Positions 16,401 through 29,300 of a stretch of 64,000 nt of DNA are shown here, one piece after another (positions within the stretch are counted from its first letter, which is position 1; each line of letters starts with the position of its first letter). Source of the stretch: Eledone cirrhosa. Its lineage: Eukaryota. The DNA lies in contig OZ024743.1 in assembly GCA_964016885.1 (NCBI GenBank), forward strand, positions 242,606,001 through 242,670,000, read 5' to 3'. Below the pieces are notes generated by a model that made no database searches, was not told where the DNA came from, and saw only the letters and a program-made list of their open reading frames with translations. A program made the position numbers and the translations under genes.

Positions 16401-17896
16401 GCAGAAATTGGCGAAATTTTAGACAAAAATTGGCTGAATTTTCAAATAAATTTGACAAAATTATCAACAAAAATTGGCTGAATATTCAACAAAATTGGCT
16501 GCTTTTTACAAAACAATTGAGAAAATTTTCAGCAGAAATTGACTAAATTTTCAGCAAAAATTGTCGGAATTTTAAACAAAAATTGACGAATTTTAAATAA
16601 AAATTGGTTAAATTTCCAACAAAAATTGGCTGAATTTTCAACCAAAAAAGGTTTGTTGAATTTTCAGCAAAAATTGGCTAAATTTTCAACAATAATTGGC
16701 TAATTCTTCAGCAAAAATTGGCTGAATTTTCAACAAAAATTGACTGAAAATTTGCTTAATTTTCAACAAAAATTGGCTGAATTTTTAGCTGAAATTGGTT
16801 GAATTTTCAACAAAAATTGACTCAATTTTCAACAAAAATTGACTAAATATTCAAAAAGAATAGACTAAATTTTCAAAAAAGGGCTGAATTTTCAACATAA
16901 ATTGACAAATTTTCAACAAAAATTAACAAAATTTTCAAAAATAAATGGCTAAATTTCGACAAAAATAGGCTGAATTGTCAGAAAAAAATTGGCATAATTT
17001 TCGGCAATAATTGAGTACATTTTCACCAAAAATTGGCGAAAATTTCAGCAAATATTGGCTAAATTTTCAATAATAATTGGCTAATTTTTCAAGAAAAATT
17101 GGCTGAATTTTCAAGAAAAATTGACTGAAAATTTGCTTAAATTGTCAACAAAAATTAGTTGAATTTTTAGCAGAAATTGGTTGAATTTTAAACAAAAATT
17201 GGCTAAACTTTCAACAAAAATTGACTAAATCTTCGGAAGAAATTGGCAAAATTTTCAACAAATATTGCCTAAATTTTCAACAAAAATTGGCTGTATTTTT
17301 AGCAGAAATTTGTTGAACTTTCAACAAAAAATGACTAAATTTTCAATAAAAATTAGCTAAACTTTTAACAGATATTGACTAAATTTTTCCGGAGAAATTG
17401 GCTAAATTTTCAACAAAAATTTGCTAAATTTCAGCAAAAATTTTTTTAGCATAAATTGGTTGAATTTTCAACAAAAATTAACAAAATTTTCGAAAAAAAT
17501 TGGCTAAAATTTTCAACAAATATTGGCCGAATTTTCAACAAAAATTGGCTAAACTTTCAACAAAAATTGAAAAAGACTTTCAGCAAAATTTGGCTCAATT
17601 TTCAGCAAAAATTGGCTTAAAATTTCAGCAAAAATGGCGAATCTTTCAACAAGACTAGGCTAAATTTTCAGCAAAAATTGGCTGAATTTTCTACAACAAT
17701 TGACTAAATTTTTAACAAAAATTGTATGAAAATTGGCTTAATTTTCAACCAAGATTGGCTGGATTATAAACAAAAATTGACTAAATTTTCGGAAAAATTT
17801 GGCAAAACTTTCAGCAAAGTTGGCTAAATTTTCAACAAAAATTAGCTGAATTTTTAAAAAAAATTGACTAAATTTTCAGAAAAAAATAGGCTAAAT
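13438..17896. repeat. ~4.5-kb degenerate 21-bp tandem satellite
   Basis: Consensus about AAAATTGGCTAAATTTTCAAC; longer internal duplications (14240-14680 vs 14690-15120). Confidence 0.95.
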
Positions 17897-18894
17897 GGAG
17901 AATTCAAAAAAAGATGGTATGTTCACAGACATTTTATGAAGAACCGTAGACTAGAGAACACAACAACGTTGGCCAATAAAATTTGGCAGCTTAAAGACAC
18001 AAACCAAGAATACAGGATTAGATGGTCGGAATTATCGGGAACAAAGGCCTACAGAAATGGAATCTCCCACTGTGGACTTTGCAATATGGAGCTGTTCCAT
18101 ATTTTAAAGTATGACAAAATGCTGCTTAACAGCAAAATATAACGATCAATTTTCTGTAGGCACAAAGCAGCTACTAAATTCGCAAATTTCAAACCAACAT
18201 GATTCGATCCAACAATCCCATAATTCAAGCTAAACCACCCGGAGTCTATTATAATAACTACATACCAACTCACTATTAACAGACCAACTAATCACTAAAT
18301 CAACATCATAAATCTCCTAACGTTTCTTTCACTCTCTCTCCCTAAAGCTATTTCACCTCTTCCCTTGTATCCTATCCTGTATCTCTTCCCCTTTCACCTA
18401 ATCTCTAATTTATTAAGTTTATCTTTTATCTTTTATTTATTATTATATTCTTTCTTCCTATTCTAACCATCTGTGATTTAACCAATACATATGTATATAG
18501 TTAATATTTATTTTCATATTGATAGTATTTGTACCCTCATCACATCTTTATACTTACTCACCACTATAACTTTAACCACCACCACCACCACTATTATCAA
18601 CAATCGTATTATGTTCATATTTTTTCACGTATATATTTTTTTACTTGTTTTCTATAATCTTCATTCTAACTTCTTTATTATTATTTTTTATTTTTCTTTC
18701 TTTATTATTGATGTTGTTATTTGAATTCTCCGTGTGTAAATTATTCAGTTATTCCGAGGATTTGATTAGCCATACATTGTATTTAAAGTCGAGTGATTAG
18801 CGGCCTTTGGACATAACTAATCAATGAAACAATTGTTAATACTGTAAATAAAACCCTTTTTGTACTGTTGACCATGTTATTCTTCACTCTTTCA

Positions 18895-18897
<3 letters not shown>
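17897..18897 (+). mobile_element. PLE 3' fragment (GIY-YIG C-terminal half, 3' UTR/pLTR)
   Basis: GEFKKRWYVH...TTLANKIWQLK...IRWS...CGLCNME...LLNSK resembles the PLE endonuclease C-terminus; ends at (TA)n. Confidence 0.8.
18746..18844 (+). ncRNA. Hammerhead motif (CCGAGGA variant) with long loop II
   Basis: cagttatt-CCGAGGA-t-ttgattag...ctaatcaa-t-GAAA-caattg-TT-aatactg. Confidence 0.6.
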
Positions 18898-18940
<43 letters not shown>

Positions 18941-18943
<3 letters not shown>

Positions 18944-19100
18944 ATATAGAAAAGGCTTCCTGATGATTTCTCCCGAATGAAACTGAAACAGTTCTAGTCC
19001 TGTAGAAGTCTTTTCTATACTCTGCTATATTATACTCTGCTTTGTATTGAAAACCTTACTTACTGTGGTTACCCCTGATTGAACCCGGGATATACTTATC
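18941..19100 (+). mobile_element. Short hammerhead-bearing element between (TA)n tracts (family A)
   Basis: tatagaaaaggcttc-CTGATGA-tttctcccgaatgaaact-GAAA-cag-ttctagtc-ctg-TA-gaagtcttttctata; related copies at 45296-45410 (minus), 48127-48190 and 52476-52605. Confidence 0.75.
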
Positions 19101-19239
19101 TATCTATATATATATATATATATAATGCATATATATGTATGTATGTGTGTGTGTGCGTGTGTATATTGTGTGTATATATACTATCTATAAATATTTATAC
19201 ATCTTTAGTATTATATTTTTATCATTATTATTTGTAAGA

Positions 19240-19510
19240 GTACCAGTAATGCACTGGGTAATTGCTGGCCTTGTGCCTAAAGTAGAAACAATTATTATTT
19301 GTAAGAGACGGTGGATTGGCAGTATCGTTAGAGGGTGGACGCCATGCTTTGACGCATAGAGTTACGGCCCTTGCCATTCTGAGTTCAAATCCCGCCGAGG
19401 TTAACTTTGCCTTTCATCCTTACGGGGTCGATAAAATAAAGTACCAATAATGCACTGGGTAATTGCTGGCCTTGTGCCAAAAGTAGAAACAATTATTATT
19501 TGTAAGAGAC
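19240..19510 (+). mobile_element. tRNA-derived SINE preceded by a copy of its own 3' 70 bp
   Basis: B-box-like gagttcaaatccc, central domain gcctttcatccttacggggtcgataaaat; 19240-19309 repeated at 19441-19510. Confidence 0.8.
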
Positions 19511-20833
19511 TTACACATATACATACTGAAATTTAAAAAGAATTGTCTGATCTAATATGGTTGAAAAATAGTAGCTTGCGTGTCAACGATGTTCTTATCC
19601 CATCGTGTATTGTTCTATCATAGTATTATCACATCACAAAGATAGCTTGTAATATCAGTCGTGTCTTTTACTGCATCACGTACTTCACAATACTTATTTA
19701 TATTGTGTATCGTGTGTTTATCAAACTGGCTACTGATACATTCTCGAGTAGTTTACCAAGCTGCGTTTGTCGAGTACTTATCCCCTCTATTACAATGTTA
19801 GCTTACAACATCAATAGTTTACTTATTCAATCATCTACATTTCCAATCGTATTGTAATCCCAGTACAAACTTAAGTAATGTGCTTTATACGCCTTTAATC
19901 ACCTTTACCTTTTTATTGTTATAAGCTGAGTTAATCGTATCGTGAGTTCTAACGTAAAGGGAGATAATATAGAAGCTCTAGCTAGCTGAGATTTCCTTTC
20001 ATCAAATTGTCTGTTAAGAAAAGATATCGATTGCTAACAAATACACTCACTTGTTTCAGCGGGAAGAATTCCTTTTCTTTCCATTATATTTTTCTATGTA
20101 AACAAGATTCCCTTTTCCTTTTCACAAAAAAATTTAAGTTTTTTTTTGTTTATTTATCTTTTGTTGGGTTTTGATTTCTCAAATAAACTTTTGGTTATTG
20201 CAAGATTTTATTATTTTATTGCTTGTTTTTAGAAGATTAAAATTAGCTCTAATACTAAACTTAACTCAAATACTAATTCTTACTTCATCTTCAGCTATAA
20301 TCTTTACTAGAAATTTAATCCGTAACTGACAGCTAACACAATAGGAAAATAAAATCTAAACTTTACTCAAAAGATATACTTTTTTTAATTTTAATTAAAT
20401 TATTCAATAACCGTATCGCCATTTCATGTAATTTGGGTGTGGTACCCCCAGTTAATATTATCTTAAAGGATTTAAAAGCTTATTTTTATTTTATCAAAGT
20501 CTGATACAATTATAGTTTAGAACAGAACATCTAAAAATAACTCGTGTACATTCCGACAGTGTTGGCAACACCTATAACTGATGTATTCTGAACCCCAGTT
20601 AGAAAAAAGTGAAAACATTTCTTTAAATCTACTTTCGGTCAAACTTAAACCCTCGCTGTCTCATCTCAACCGTAAACTGAATCAGAAAGGTATCCCAAAA
20701 TATATACCAAAGTTAGAATGAAATCTCACTAAATATGACACTTGATCCTAGATTTAACTTTTAACTGATCTTTAACTGAATCTTAATATAGCTGAGGTAG
20801 ATTTACTTGCTCGTTGGCTAGTGTATAAGAAGA

Positions 20834-20889
<56 letters not shown>

Positions 20890-20896
<7 letters not shown>

Positions 20897-21599
20897 CTGA
20901 AGACTATGTATAAGAAATAGGGGGTGTTATATATAATTAGGAGATGAAGCAAGTCGAATAGAACGGGCATAGCTTCGGCCATTTTCCCCACTCACTCAAT
21001 GGACAACTAAGTTCGAATTATTAAAATTCAAACCCAGCTAGCCAGAGTGCACACGTTTGTTAATCAGTGAAGAAGATGACTTCATGTAGCTAAGATGATA
21101 CGGTACCCAGACTGCTATAATAGTTTCCACGGTCCCAAGCTGCTGGTCGTGCAGCGAAAGGTGCAGCCGTGTGCAGAATATTAGGTAATGATAGTACACA
21201 TTACGTAAATATATAAATACATATATATATATTTCTCTTATCGAGTGGTCTTGGATTTTCTTACCTCAAGTTGCTCGCACATTGCTCGGTTTGTTGTTGT
21301 TTTTTTTCGCTGTTTTTTCATTGTTTTCTCTTTTCTTCCCTTTTCCTTTCCTTCCTTCCCTCCTCTGTTTTCCCAATAACTTATCCCGTTATTGACGCCC
21401 TGGGGAGAGATATCTTGTCTTTAAAGGGTAGAAATATTCGAGACCCCAGTAGACAACTGATAAGGACCCCCACCCACCCGTTCTTGCTTTCTTCTTATTC
21501 CCACTCCATTTTAAGATACCTTAAATAGCAACTACAGAACCATTTCTATTCTCCATATATATATAAAGCTGAAGACTATGTATAAGGAATAGGGGGTGT

Positions 21600-21635
<36 letters not shown>

Positions 21636-21801
21636 GGAGATGAAGCAAGTCGAATAGAACGGGCATAGCTTCGGCCATTTTCCCCACTCACTCAATGGAC
21701 AACTAAATTCGAATTATTAAAATTAGAACCCAGCTAGCCAGAGTGCACACGTTTGTTAATCAGTGAGGAAGATGACTTCGTATAGCTAAGATGATACGGT
21801 A
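20890..21801 (+). repeat. ~210-bp direct repeat (20893-21105 and 21566-21801), possibly Helitron-type 5' ends
   Basis: Two near-identical copies starting (ta)n-aagctgaagactatg; the classification is tentative. Confidence 0.6.
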
Positions 21802-22504
21802 AAAATAAAGATGGCGTAGATATACAATACAACAGGAGGAACATAATAGCACCACTGACGATGTGCAACGAAAGAATTTTGTTAGACTATATATATGTGT
21901 TTATATCTATATTATATCTGTATTTTTGAGCGTTGATCAGTCAATGGTAAACATTGAGGACCGAATGAATTAACTAATATAAAAGATACAGAAGCGAAAA
22001 CCAACTAAACAGTGAGTGTGTTCTGTTATTAATTCTGGCAATATGATTACAACAATATGACCCTCCCCAAGTATAACTATATATATATATATATTCGCAG
22101 GTGACGGTCAATTCTATTGTCCAAGCATAATCTATGGATAGTATCGAAACCTATTGAAACTTATACTCTACCACTACTACTAAGTTTCGGTTGGCTGCCA
22201 CTGGAAGAGCGACTAGCAGTAAACTACAACTTAGTGGCTGGCACGAACTCTATGACCGTGTCACCTTACCGGCCTGGCTGGGTGTGATTGATTTGTTGGG
22301 CGGGGGGACTTGCCTAGGCTGGTTTCGTTGTGTTTTGGGGTAGTGATATGGTCAACTTCATTCACTTTTGCGCCTGCGCAAAATTGTGGAGGTGGATTGG
22401 GGCTCATAAGGGAACGGGCGAAGGTTTCAAGAACACCCTCTTTGTCCGTTCCCTTGTCGTTTCATTTGGGATTGCCTCAGGAACGTAACCTTATTATGTA
22501 AGAA

Positions 22505-22579
22505 GCTGTCTGATGATGTCATGGCACTGAGTACACAGAATCGTCTGGCCACTGTCGTCATTGAAATATGTATTACAGC
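22505..22579 (+). ncRNA. Type I hammerhead motif
   Basis: gctgt-CTGATGA-tgtcatggc...gccactgtcgtcatt-GAAA-tatgta-TT-acagc. Confidence 0.7.
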
Positions 22580-22625
22580 CTTATCAATAAAGGACTTTAA
22601 CATCTGAAACTACTTCTCATTTTCT

Positions 22626-22740
<115 letters not shown>

Positions 22741-22768
22741 GGTCTCTCTGTCTCTCTCTCTTTCTCTC

Positions 22769-22835
<67 letters not shown>

Positions 22836-22837
<2 letters not shown>

Positions 22838-23265
22838 GATAACAAGTTATCGTTATAGGTAATCCAGTTAGAGGTTGTGAGTACACTGCCTCGTGGATAG
22901 TTTTAACATACGGCTTTGTTTGACTCAACAAGGTGTTTCCATAGTTATGCAGCGAGTTCGCGGGAATTCTTATGTAGGTTATACTTGGAGTAATAATAGT
23001 GAAAGAATGAAGAGTAACATGGTTGGCTGTACAACAAAGGGCTTTATTTCAGGTATTAACAATTGTTTCATTGATCAGGTGAGTCTAGAGGCCGCTAATC
23101 GCTCGAATTTGCGTCACTCGATCTCCATTACATTATTCACCTCTGACCAAATCTTCGAGCGATTAGCGGCCTCTAGACTCACCTGATCAATGAAACAATT
23201 GTTAATACTTGAAATAAAGACCCTTGTTGTACAGCCAACCATGTTACTCTTCATTCTTTCACTAT
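22836..23265. mobile_element. PLE-end fold-back between (TA)n tracts
   Basis: Arms 22996-23107 and 23154-23265 are inverted and homologous to 18789-18897; they hold only the GAAA-caattg-TT half of the hammerhead; extra tail 22836-22995. Confidence 0.85.
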
Positions 23266-23784
23266 ATATATATAAAGAAATTCTCTGTCCAAAGCAGTTT
23301 TTGTACTATCTGTAGCCTTATCAAACTAGGCTGATGGGTTTTATTCGTAAAAAGCATGGGTTCCACGATTTTTGAAAAATAGGTGAAGGCTCCGTGATAA
23401 AATATGTTTGGAAAGTAATCCTATAGAGGATGATTGACAGGTGGTATTGCTAATGGTGGTAGAAGGCTGAAGGTCACGAGACAGAAGCAAGGAAAGAGAA
23501 CAACTTGGTGAACGAGAATAGAGGGAGATGGCAAGGAAAGAGAAACAGTAATCGAGCTTGCCAGCTCTGGCTTGGTTTTAACCAATTTATCAAGTATGTG
23601 TGTCTATGATTCGACCATCATACAAACAATAACACAACGGAAGCCAGTCTGATAAACACATGTGATAATACTAAGCTATACAATATCATATATCTTAGAT
23701 CAAACAACGCGTCGTCCCTTCAATACGAAGGAAGTGTTTCTATTCTCTACGTTGATTAATTTGTTTATATGTGTTTGTATGTGT

Positions 23785-23785
23785 C

Positions 23786-23870
<85 letters not shown>

Positions 23871-24156
23871 ATTGTATATATGATTGTTTCTCTGTTGTTT
23901 TGTTTGCTTGTGTGTTTGTGTTTTGTTTGCTTGTTGGATGGCTGGTTTGTTATCGCTGCCACCCACCAACATACTACTCTCCACTACACACACATAAAGA
24001 CACACAAACACTCACATATACTCACACACACAAGCACTCACATACACTCACACACACGAACGCTTACACATACATAAACACTCGCACACACCACACACCT
24101 CAACACCTTACTCATCCCTACACACATACACTCACACACACATTCACACACAAACA

Positions 24157-24205
<49 letters not shown>

Positions 24206-24349
24206 CAACACCCTCCTCTCCCCTACACGTACAAATACACACAAGCACTCACACACACAAACACTCTCACACACTCACACACACACACACAAACACACCA
24301 ACACCCTACTCTCCCCTACACACACACAAACATTCACATACGCACACAA

Positions 24350-24388
<39 letters not shown>

Positions 24389-24856
24389 ACACACACACAC
24401 ACATACACACACACAAACACACACACACACATACACGCACACACTCACATACACAAACACACACACACAAACACTCACATACGCACACAAACACACACGT
24501 ACTCACCAACACCCTACTCTCCCCTACACATACACAAACGCACAAACACACACACACACACACACACTCACACACACACGTACGCACACGAACTCATACA
24601 TATTGCCATTGAACTAATCAATAGCGATAGGAATATTAGCGATTGACCAAACTCTTACAGAAGACACATCAAAGCGGTCGGCCGGGTGGGGTATGGTGTA
24701 GCCGGAGAGGGGAACGGGGGATATTTTCCTAAGACAATGCTCAGTATTCAGCCATCGATTTGGTTTCCGTGTAAGATACACATACGTCAGTGCATTCACA
24801 CGCGCACACACACGCAAACACACATATATATATGTGTGTGTGTGTATGTATGCATG

Positions 24857-24904
<48 letters not shown>

Positions 24905-24949
24905 TGTGTGTGTGTATTTACATATGTGCATTCATATGTACATACATTC

Positions 24950-24987
<38 letters not shown>

Positions 24988-25150
24988 TCATACATACGTG
25001 CATACACAAATACATATGAATAAATGCATGCATACAAATATACATACATACATACATACATACATACATACATACATACATACATACATACATACATACA
25101 TACATACATACATACATACATACATACATACATACATACATACATACAAA
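23785..25150. repeat. Compound microsatellite field
   Basis: (TA)n, degenerate (CA)n and (TACA)n with a short unique insert. Confidence 0.9.
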
Positions 25151-25599
25151 TCTTGAGAAGCTAGGCTTCACAGGAACAGAAAGAACACAACTAGTTAGGA
25201 AATTACAAGTACAATCCATTAATGGGACAGTAAAAATATGTAAAACATTCCAAAAATGTTGCATCTAATAACTGCATATACACATGTACAGATGCAAAGC
25301 ATATACACATGCACACATACAACTAAAAACATACACATCCACACATACAATAACATCCATATCTACACATGCATGCATGCATGCAGACATACATACATAT
25401 CTACCTAGTTGATGTATAAATTCCAATGAGAGAGTCTTGTGTCTATGTTAGAAACCGATTCTCTCTCTATTGGTAAAACTTTGTGAAATTATAAAACCAG
25501 AAGAACATACATACATACATATATACATACATACATACATACATACATACATACATACATACATACATACATACATACATACATACATACATACATACA

Positions 25600-26197
25600 T
25601 GGTGGCTGCCAACTCGTTTTCGAGTACGGCCACTACTTTATATCCATGTAGGAGAACCCCTACCAATGCGCTGAACGAGTGTGACTTTTTAGTCCAGCCA
25701 GCGACTTGAAAACTCTGGTACAAACACTACACTTGTGACAATTATTGACACAGTGCTGGGCCCATGGTACCATGTGACGACAAGTGCAGAGAGATCTCCA
25801 AATATAAAGCAATACCGTGAAGCTTTTATAGTGAGCAAAGGCACTGCACAAAGCCAGTCCCACTCTCTTAACCAAGATGATATTTACCAAAAAGAAGAAC
25901 AAGTCAACATCATTGGATACCATCAGGGTTGCAGGTGTTATATCAGAGTTTTCCTTCTCCTAGAATTCTGCCTTGACAAAGGCTAAGGAGTCATCTCTCC
26001 CGGTGATTTTGGATGGCCATTGACTCTTAAGAGCTCCTTTGCCCTTACAGGTTTTGTTTTTAGTCCTGCAGGATGTCCAAAGTCACCCTCCTCACCAAGA
26101 AACCTTGGTGGAGTTGCCAGTTTAGTCGCCAACGACCCGACCATGAGACAGGTTGTACTGGGATACATGTTACCAGTAGCACTAACTGGTGACCTGA
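25600..26197 (-). mobile_element. Bipartite non-autonomous RTE derivative (5' UTR plus 3' zinc-finger end)
   Basis: 25885-26020 resembles the LINE 5' UTR at 30270-30410; CSVCTRVFKSLAGLKSHTRSAH finger; flanked by (TACA)n. Confidence 0.75.
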
Positions 26198-26249
26198 CAT
26201 ACATACATACATACATACATACATACATACATACATACATACATACATA

Positions 26250-26309
26250 CATGATGATGGCTGCCCCCTCGTTATCGAGTATGGCCATTGCACGAGGAGT
26301 AAAAAAAAA

Positions 26310-26342
<33 letters not shown>

Positions 26343-29300
26343 AAAAAGAAAATAAAAATTAAAAAAAAAAGAAATATATATATATACATACATCAAACAC
26401 ATACACACACACACACATACATTAATAATAATAACCATAATAATAATAATAACAACAATAATAATAACGAGAACAACAATAATAATATACATATATATAT
26501 ACACATACACGCACACACATAAGCATATATACACACACACACGATAGCAACTAACAGCGCTGCGATCGAATGTGGCTTTTTAGCCCAGCCAATGATCTAA
26601 AATGTCTTGCACAGAGTCGGCAACCAAAACATTCACTGGGAATAGTCGGCTGTGGTTGTAGTTCGTGTACTTTTCCATGTCGCTTGAGCCCTGCTGCTGA
26701 TTTACATTCTCTACCACATCTTTGGCAAGCATGATGAGTAGCATCTCCAACAGCAGCCTGGTAGTCAACCACTGGTCTTACTTTATGACTGCGAAGATGA
26801 CTTTCGAGTCCAGCTTTGCTTAGGCAGAGTCTCGCACAGACGCTGCATGTCAGCACCATAGGAGGACCCTCGCCGTCTGGAAGTGCAACAGCAATGCCCT
26901 TCCTCACATCCCGCTTTACTTTCTCGTATGCGATTCGAGATGCCTCAAAGGCAACTTTTCCCACATATACAGTCTTTCTCCATTTATTACGATCAGCAGC
27001 AATATTTTCCCATGTATCAGCAGAGATGTTAGCGTCTTTCAGAGAGGCTTTCAAGGAATCCTTATACCTCTTTTTTGGTTTATGTGGCGGTCATTTTCCT
27101 TTAACCAACTCTCCATAAAAGAGTTGTTTTGGTATTCTAGAATCCTTCATCCTGGCAAGGTGACCACTCCAACGGAGTCGTTGCTTAAGCACAAGAGCTT
27201 CTATACTGTCACACATAGAGCTTTCCAAAATCTCGACATCACTGATGTGGTCCCTCCAGTGAACGCCATGGATCCGTCTGAGACACATCTGATGGAAACG
27301 CTCCAATTGCTTAAGGTGGTGTCGATATGTGACCCAGGTCTCGCAGACATAAAGAAGACAAGAGAGCACACATGCCCTGTACACCTTTACCTTTGTCCTC
27401 CTGCATATGTCTCGCCGACCCCAGAGTCGCCTTTCTAGCTTTCCGAAAGCATCACTTGCTTTCCTAATCCTAAGTGAGAATTCACTGTCAAGGTTGCCGT
27501 ATCGATTTACAGTGCTTCCCAGGTAGACAAACTGATCAACCACTCCAAGTCGTTTGCCATACACATAGATGTTTGGTTCAGTGTACTGCTTACCAGGGGC
27601 AGGTTGGTACATGACGACGGTTTTCTTGAGACTGACAGTCAATCCTAGGGCAGAGCAAGCGTCAGAAAATGCATTCAAAATGTACTGCATATCACTCTCT
27701 ATGTGCGCTACAAGATCGCAATCATCTGCATACAAGAGGTCTCTTATGATTGATGTAAATACTTTTGATTCGCAGCAAAGCGCCTGATGTTAAATATGCT
27801 GCCTGAGGTTCGATATCGGATGTAAACACCATGCTCGCAATTCCTGAATGCAATACAGAAAACCATTGCAAAGTATATGGCAAACAGGGTTGGTGCTGGA
27901 ATATCCCCCTGTTTCACTCCATTTTTTACTGAGATAGGCTCCGACATGTTACCTCCGACATTAACCCAAGCCTTCATGTCGTCATGGAAAGACCTAACTA
28001 AAGCAAGGAACTTATCAGGGCAACCAAGTTTCTGGAGAACCTTCCATAATGCATCTCTGTTAACAGTATCGAAAGCTTTTGTCAGATCGACAAAAACCTG
28101 ACACAGATCCAAGCCTTGTTCCATGCACTTCTCCTGGAGCTGTCTAGCTGAGAAGATCATATCAGTAGTGCCGCGTCCAGCACGAAAACCAGATTGACTT
28201 TCAGGAAGAACACAATCTGCAATGTGTTTCAGCAGACGGTCCAGAAGCACCCTACATAAAACTTTCCCTACGACAGAAAGCAATGATATACCTCTGTAGT
28301 TCCCACAATCATTCCTGTTACCCTTTCCCTTGTACAATACCACCATTACTGCATCTCTCCAGTCCTCAGGTACGGATTCATTAGCCCATATCCTGCCAAA
28401 CAAAGAGTGAAGATGTTGCAGGAGTCTCTCACCACCATATTGTAGGAGCTCAGCATGTATGCCATCCATACCTGGAGATCTTCCACTGTTCAGCTTCGAA
28501 TTAGCCACTGCAACCTCCACAAGCATCGGAGGTTCTGCGAGAGCTACTTTCACAGGACTTTCTGGAACGAGATTGAGAAAATCTTCACTGACCACAGACG
28601 GCTGATTCAAAAGATCATCAAAGTGCTCTCGCCACCTTCGTAGAATTCCTTGTGAGTCACGAAGAAGTTCTTTGCCATCCTTGCTGCGAAGTGGTGTCAC
28701 CAGAGAAGAAGACGGTCCATAAACCTCACGCAAGAGACTGTACAACAGCTTTGTGTTATTGGAATCTGACGCAGTTTGTATCTCACCAGCCTACTCACTC
28801 CACCACTGATCCTTCACCTGAGAAAGACTCCGCCTAACACGTGATTTTACATCCCCGAGTTCCTCATGCAACGTATTCCTCTCCTGTGGTTTTGCCGTCA
28901 AGTAGCGTGACAGAGCACGCCTCTTATCAGCCAACAAGTCTTCTATATGTACATCATTCTCATTAAACCAGTCCTGATGTTTTCTCTGCACCAATCCCAG
29001 AACACGCCTGCCTACATCATAAACCTACTTTCTAAGGGTCGGCCAATCCTCACCAAGATCTGAAGCCTGCATCTCTTCTTCCAATGTCCTCTTCACATTT
29101 TTATCCTTAAGACGAGCAGCATTCAATCTTTTGGGCAGGGCAACACCAGGAGCCCGGATTTTACGTTTAGTGATTAGTTTCACTTTTGCGCGTACCAGGC
29201 GGTGGTCCGTCCAGCACTCAGCTCCACGAAGAGCACGAACACACTGCACATCCTGTCTGTCACGCATCCTGACTAGGACGTAGTCCAAAAGATGCCATTC

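Noticed and set aside
13438-17896. CRISPR array or heptad coiled-coil gene
   Set aside because: No unique spacers, eukaryotic context, frequent indels and stops in all frames.
21110-21175. CGGTCCCAAGC resembling a twister ribozyme loop
   Set aside because: I could not build the required P1/P2 stems and pseudoknots by eye; an Infernal twister search would decide.
21850-21895. CTGACGA...GAAA hammerhead-like string
   Set aside because: Stem II is only 2 bp, there is no valid UH site and no stem I.
26090-26197. Possible HDV-like ribozyme at RTE 5' ends (also 30410-30458)
   Set aside because: Hairpins and a CTAA motif are present, but I could not assign the nested double pseudoknot.
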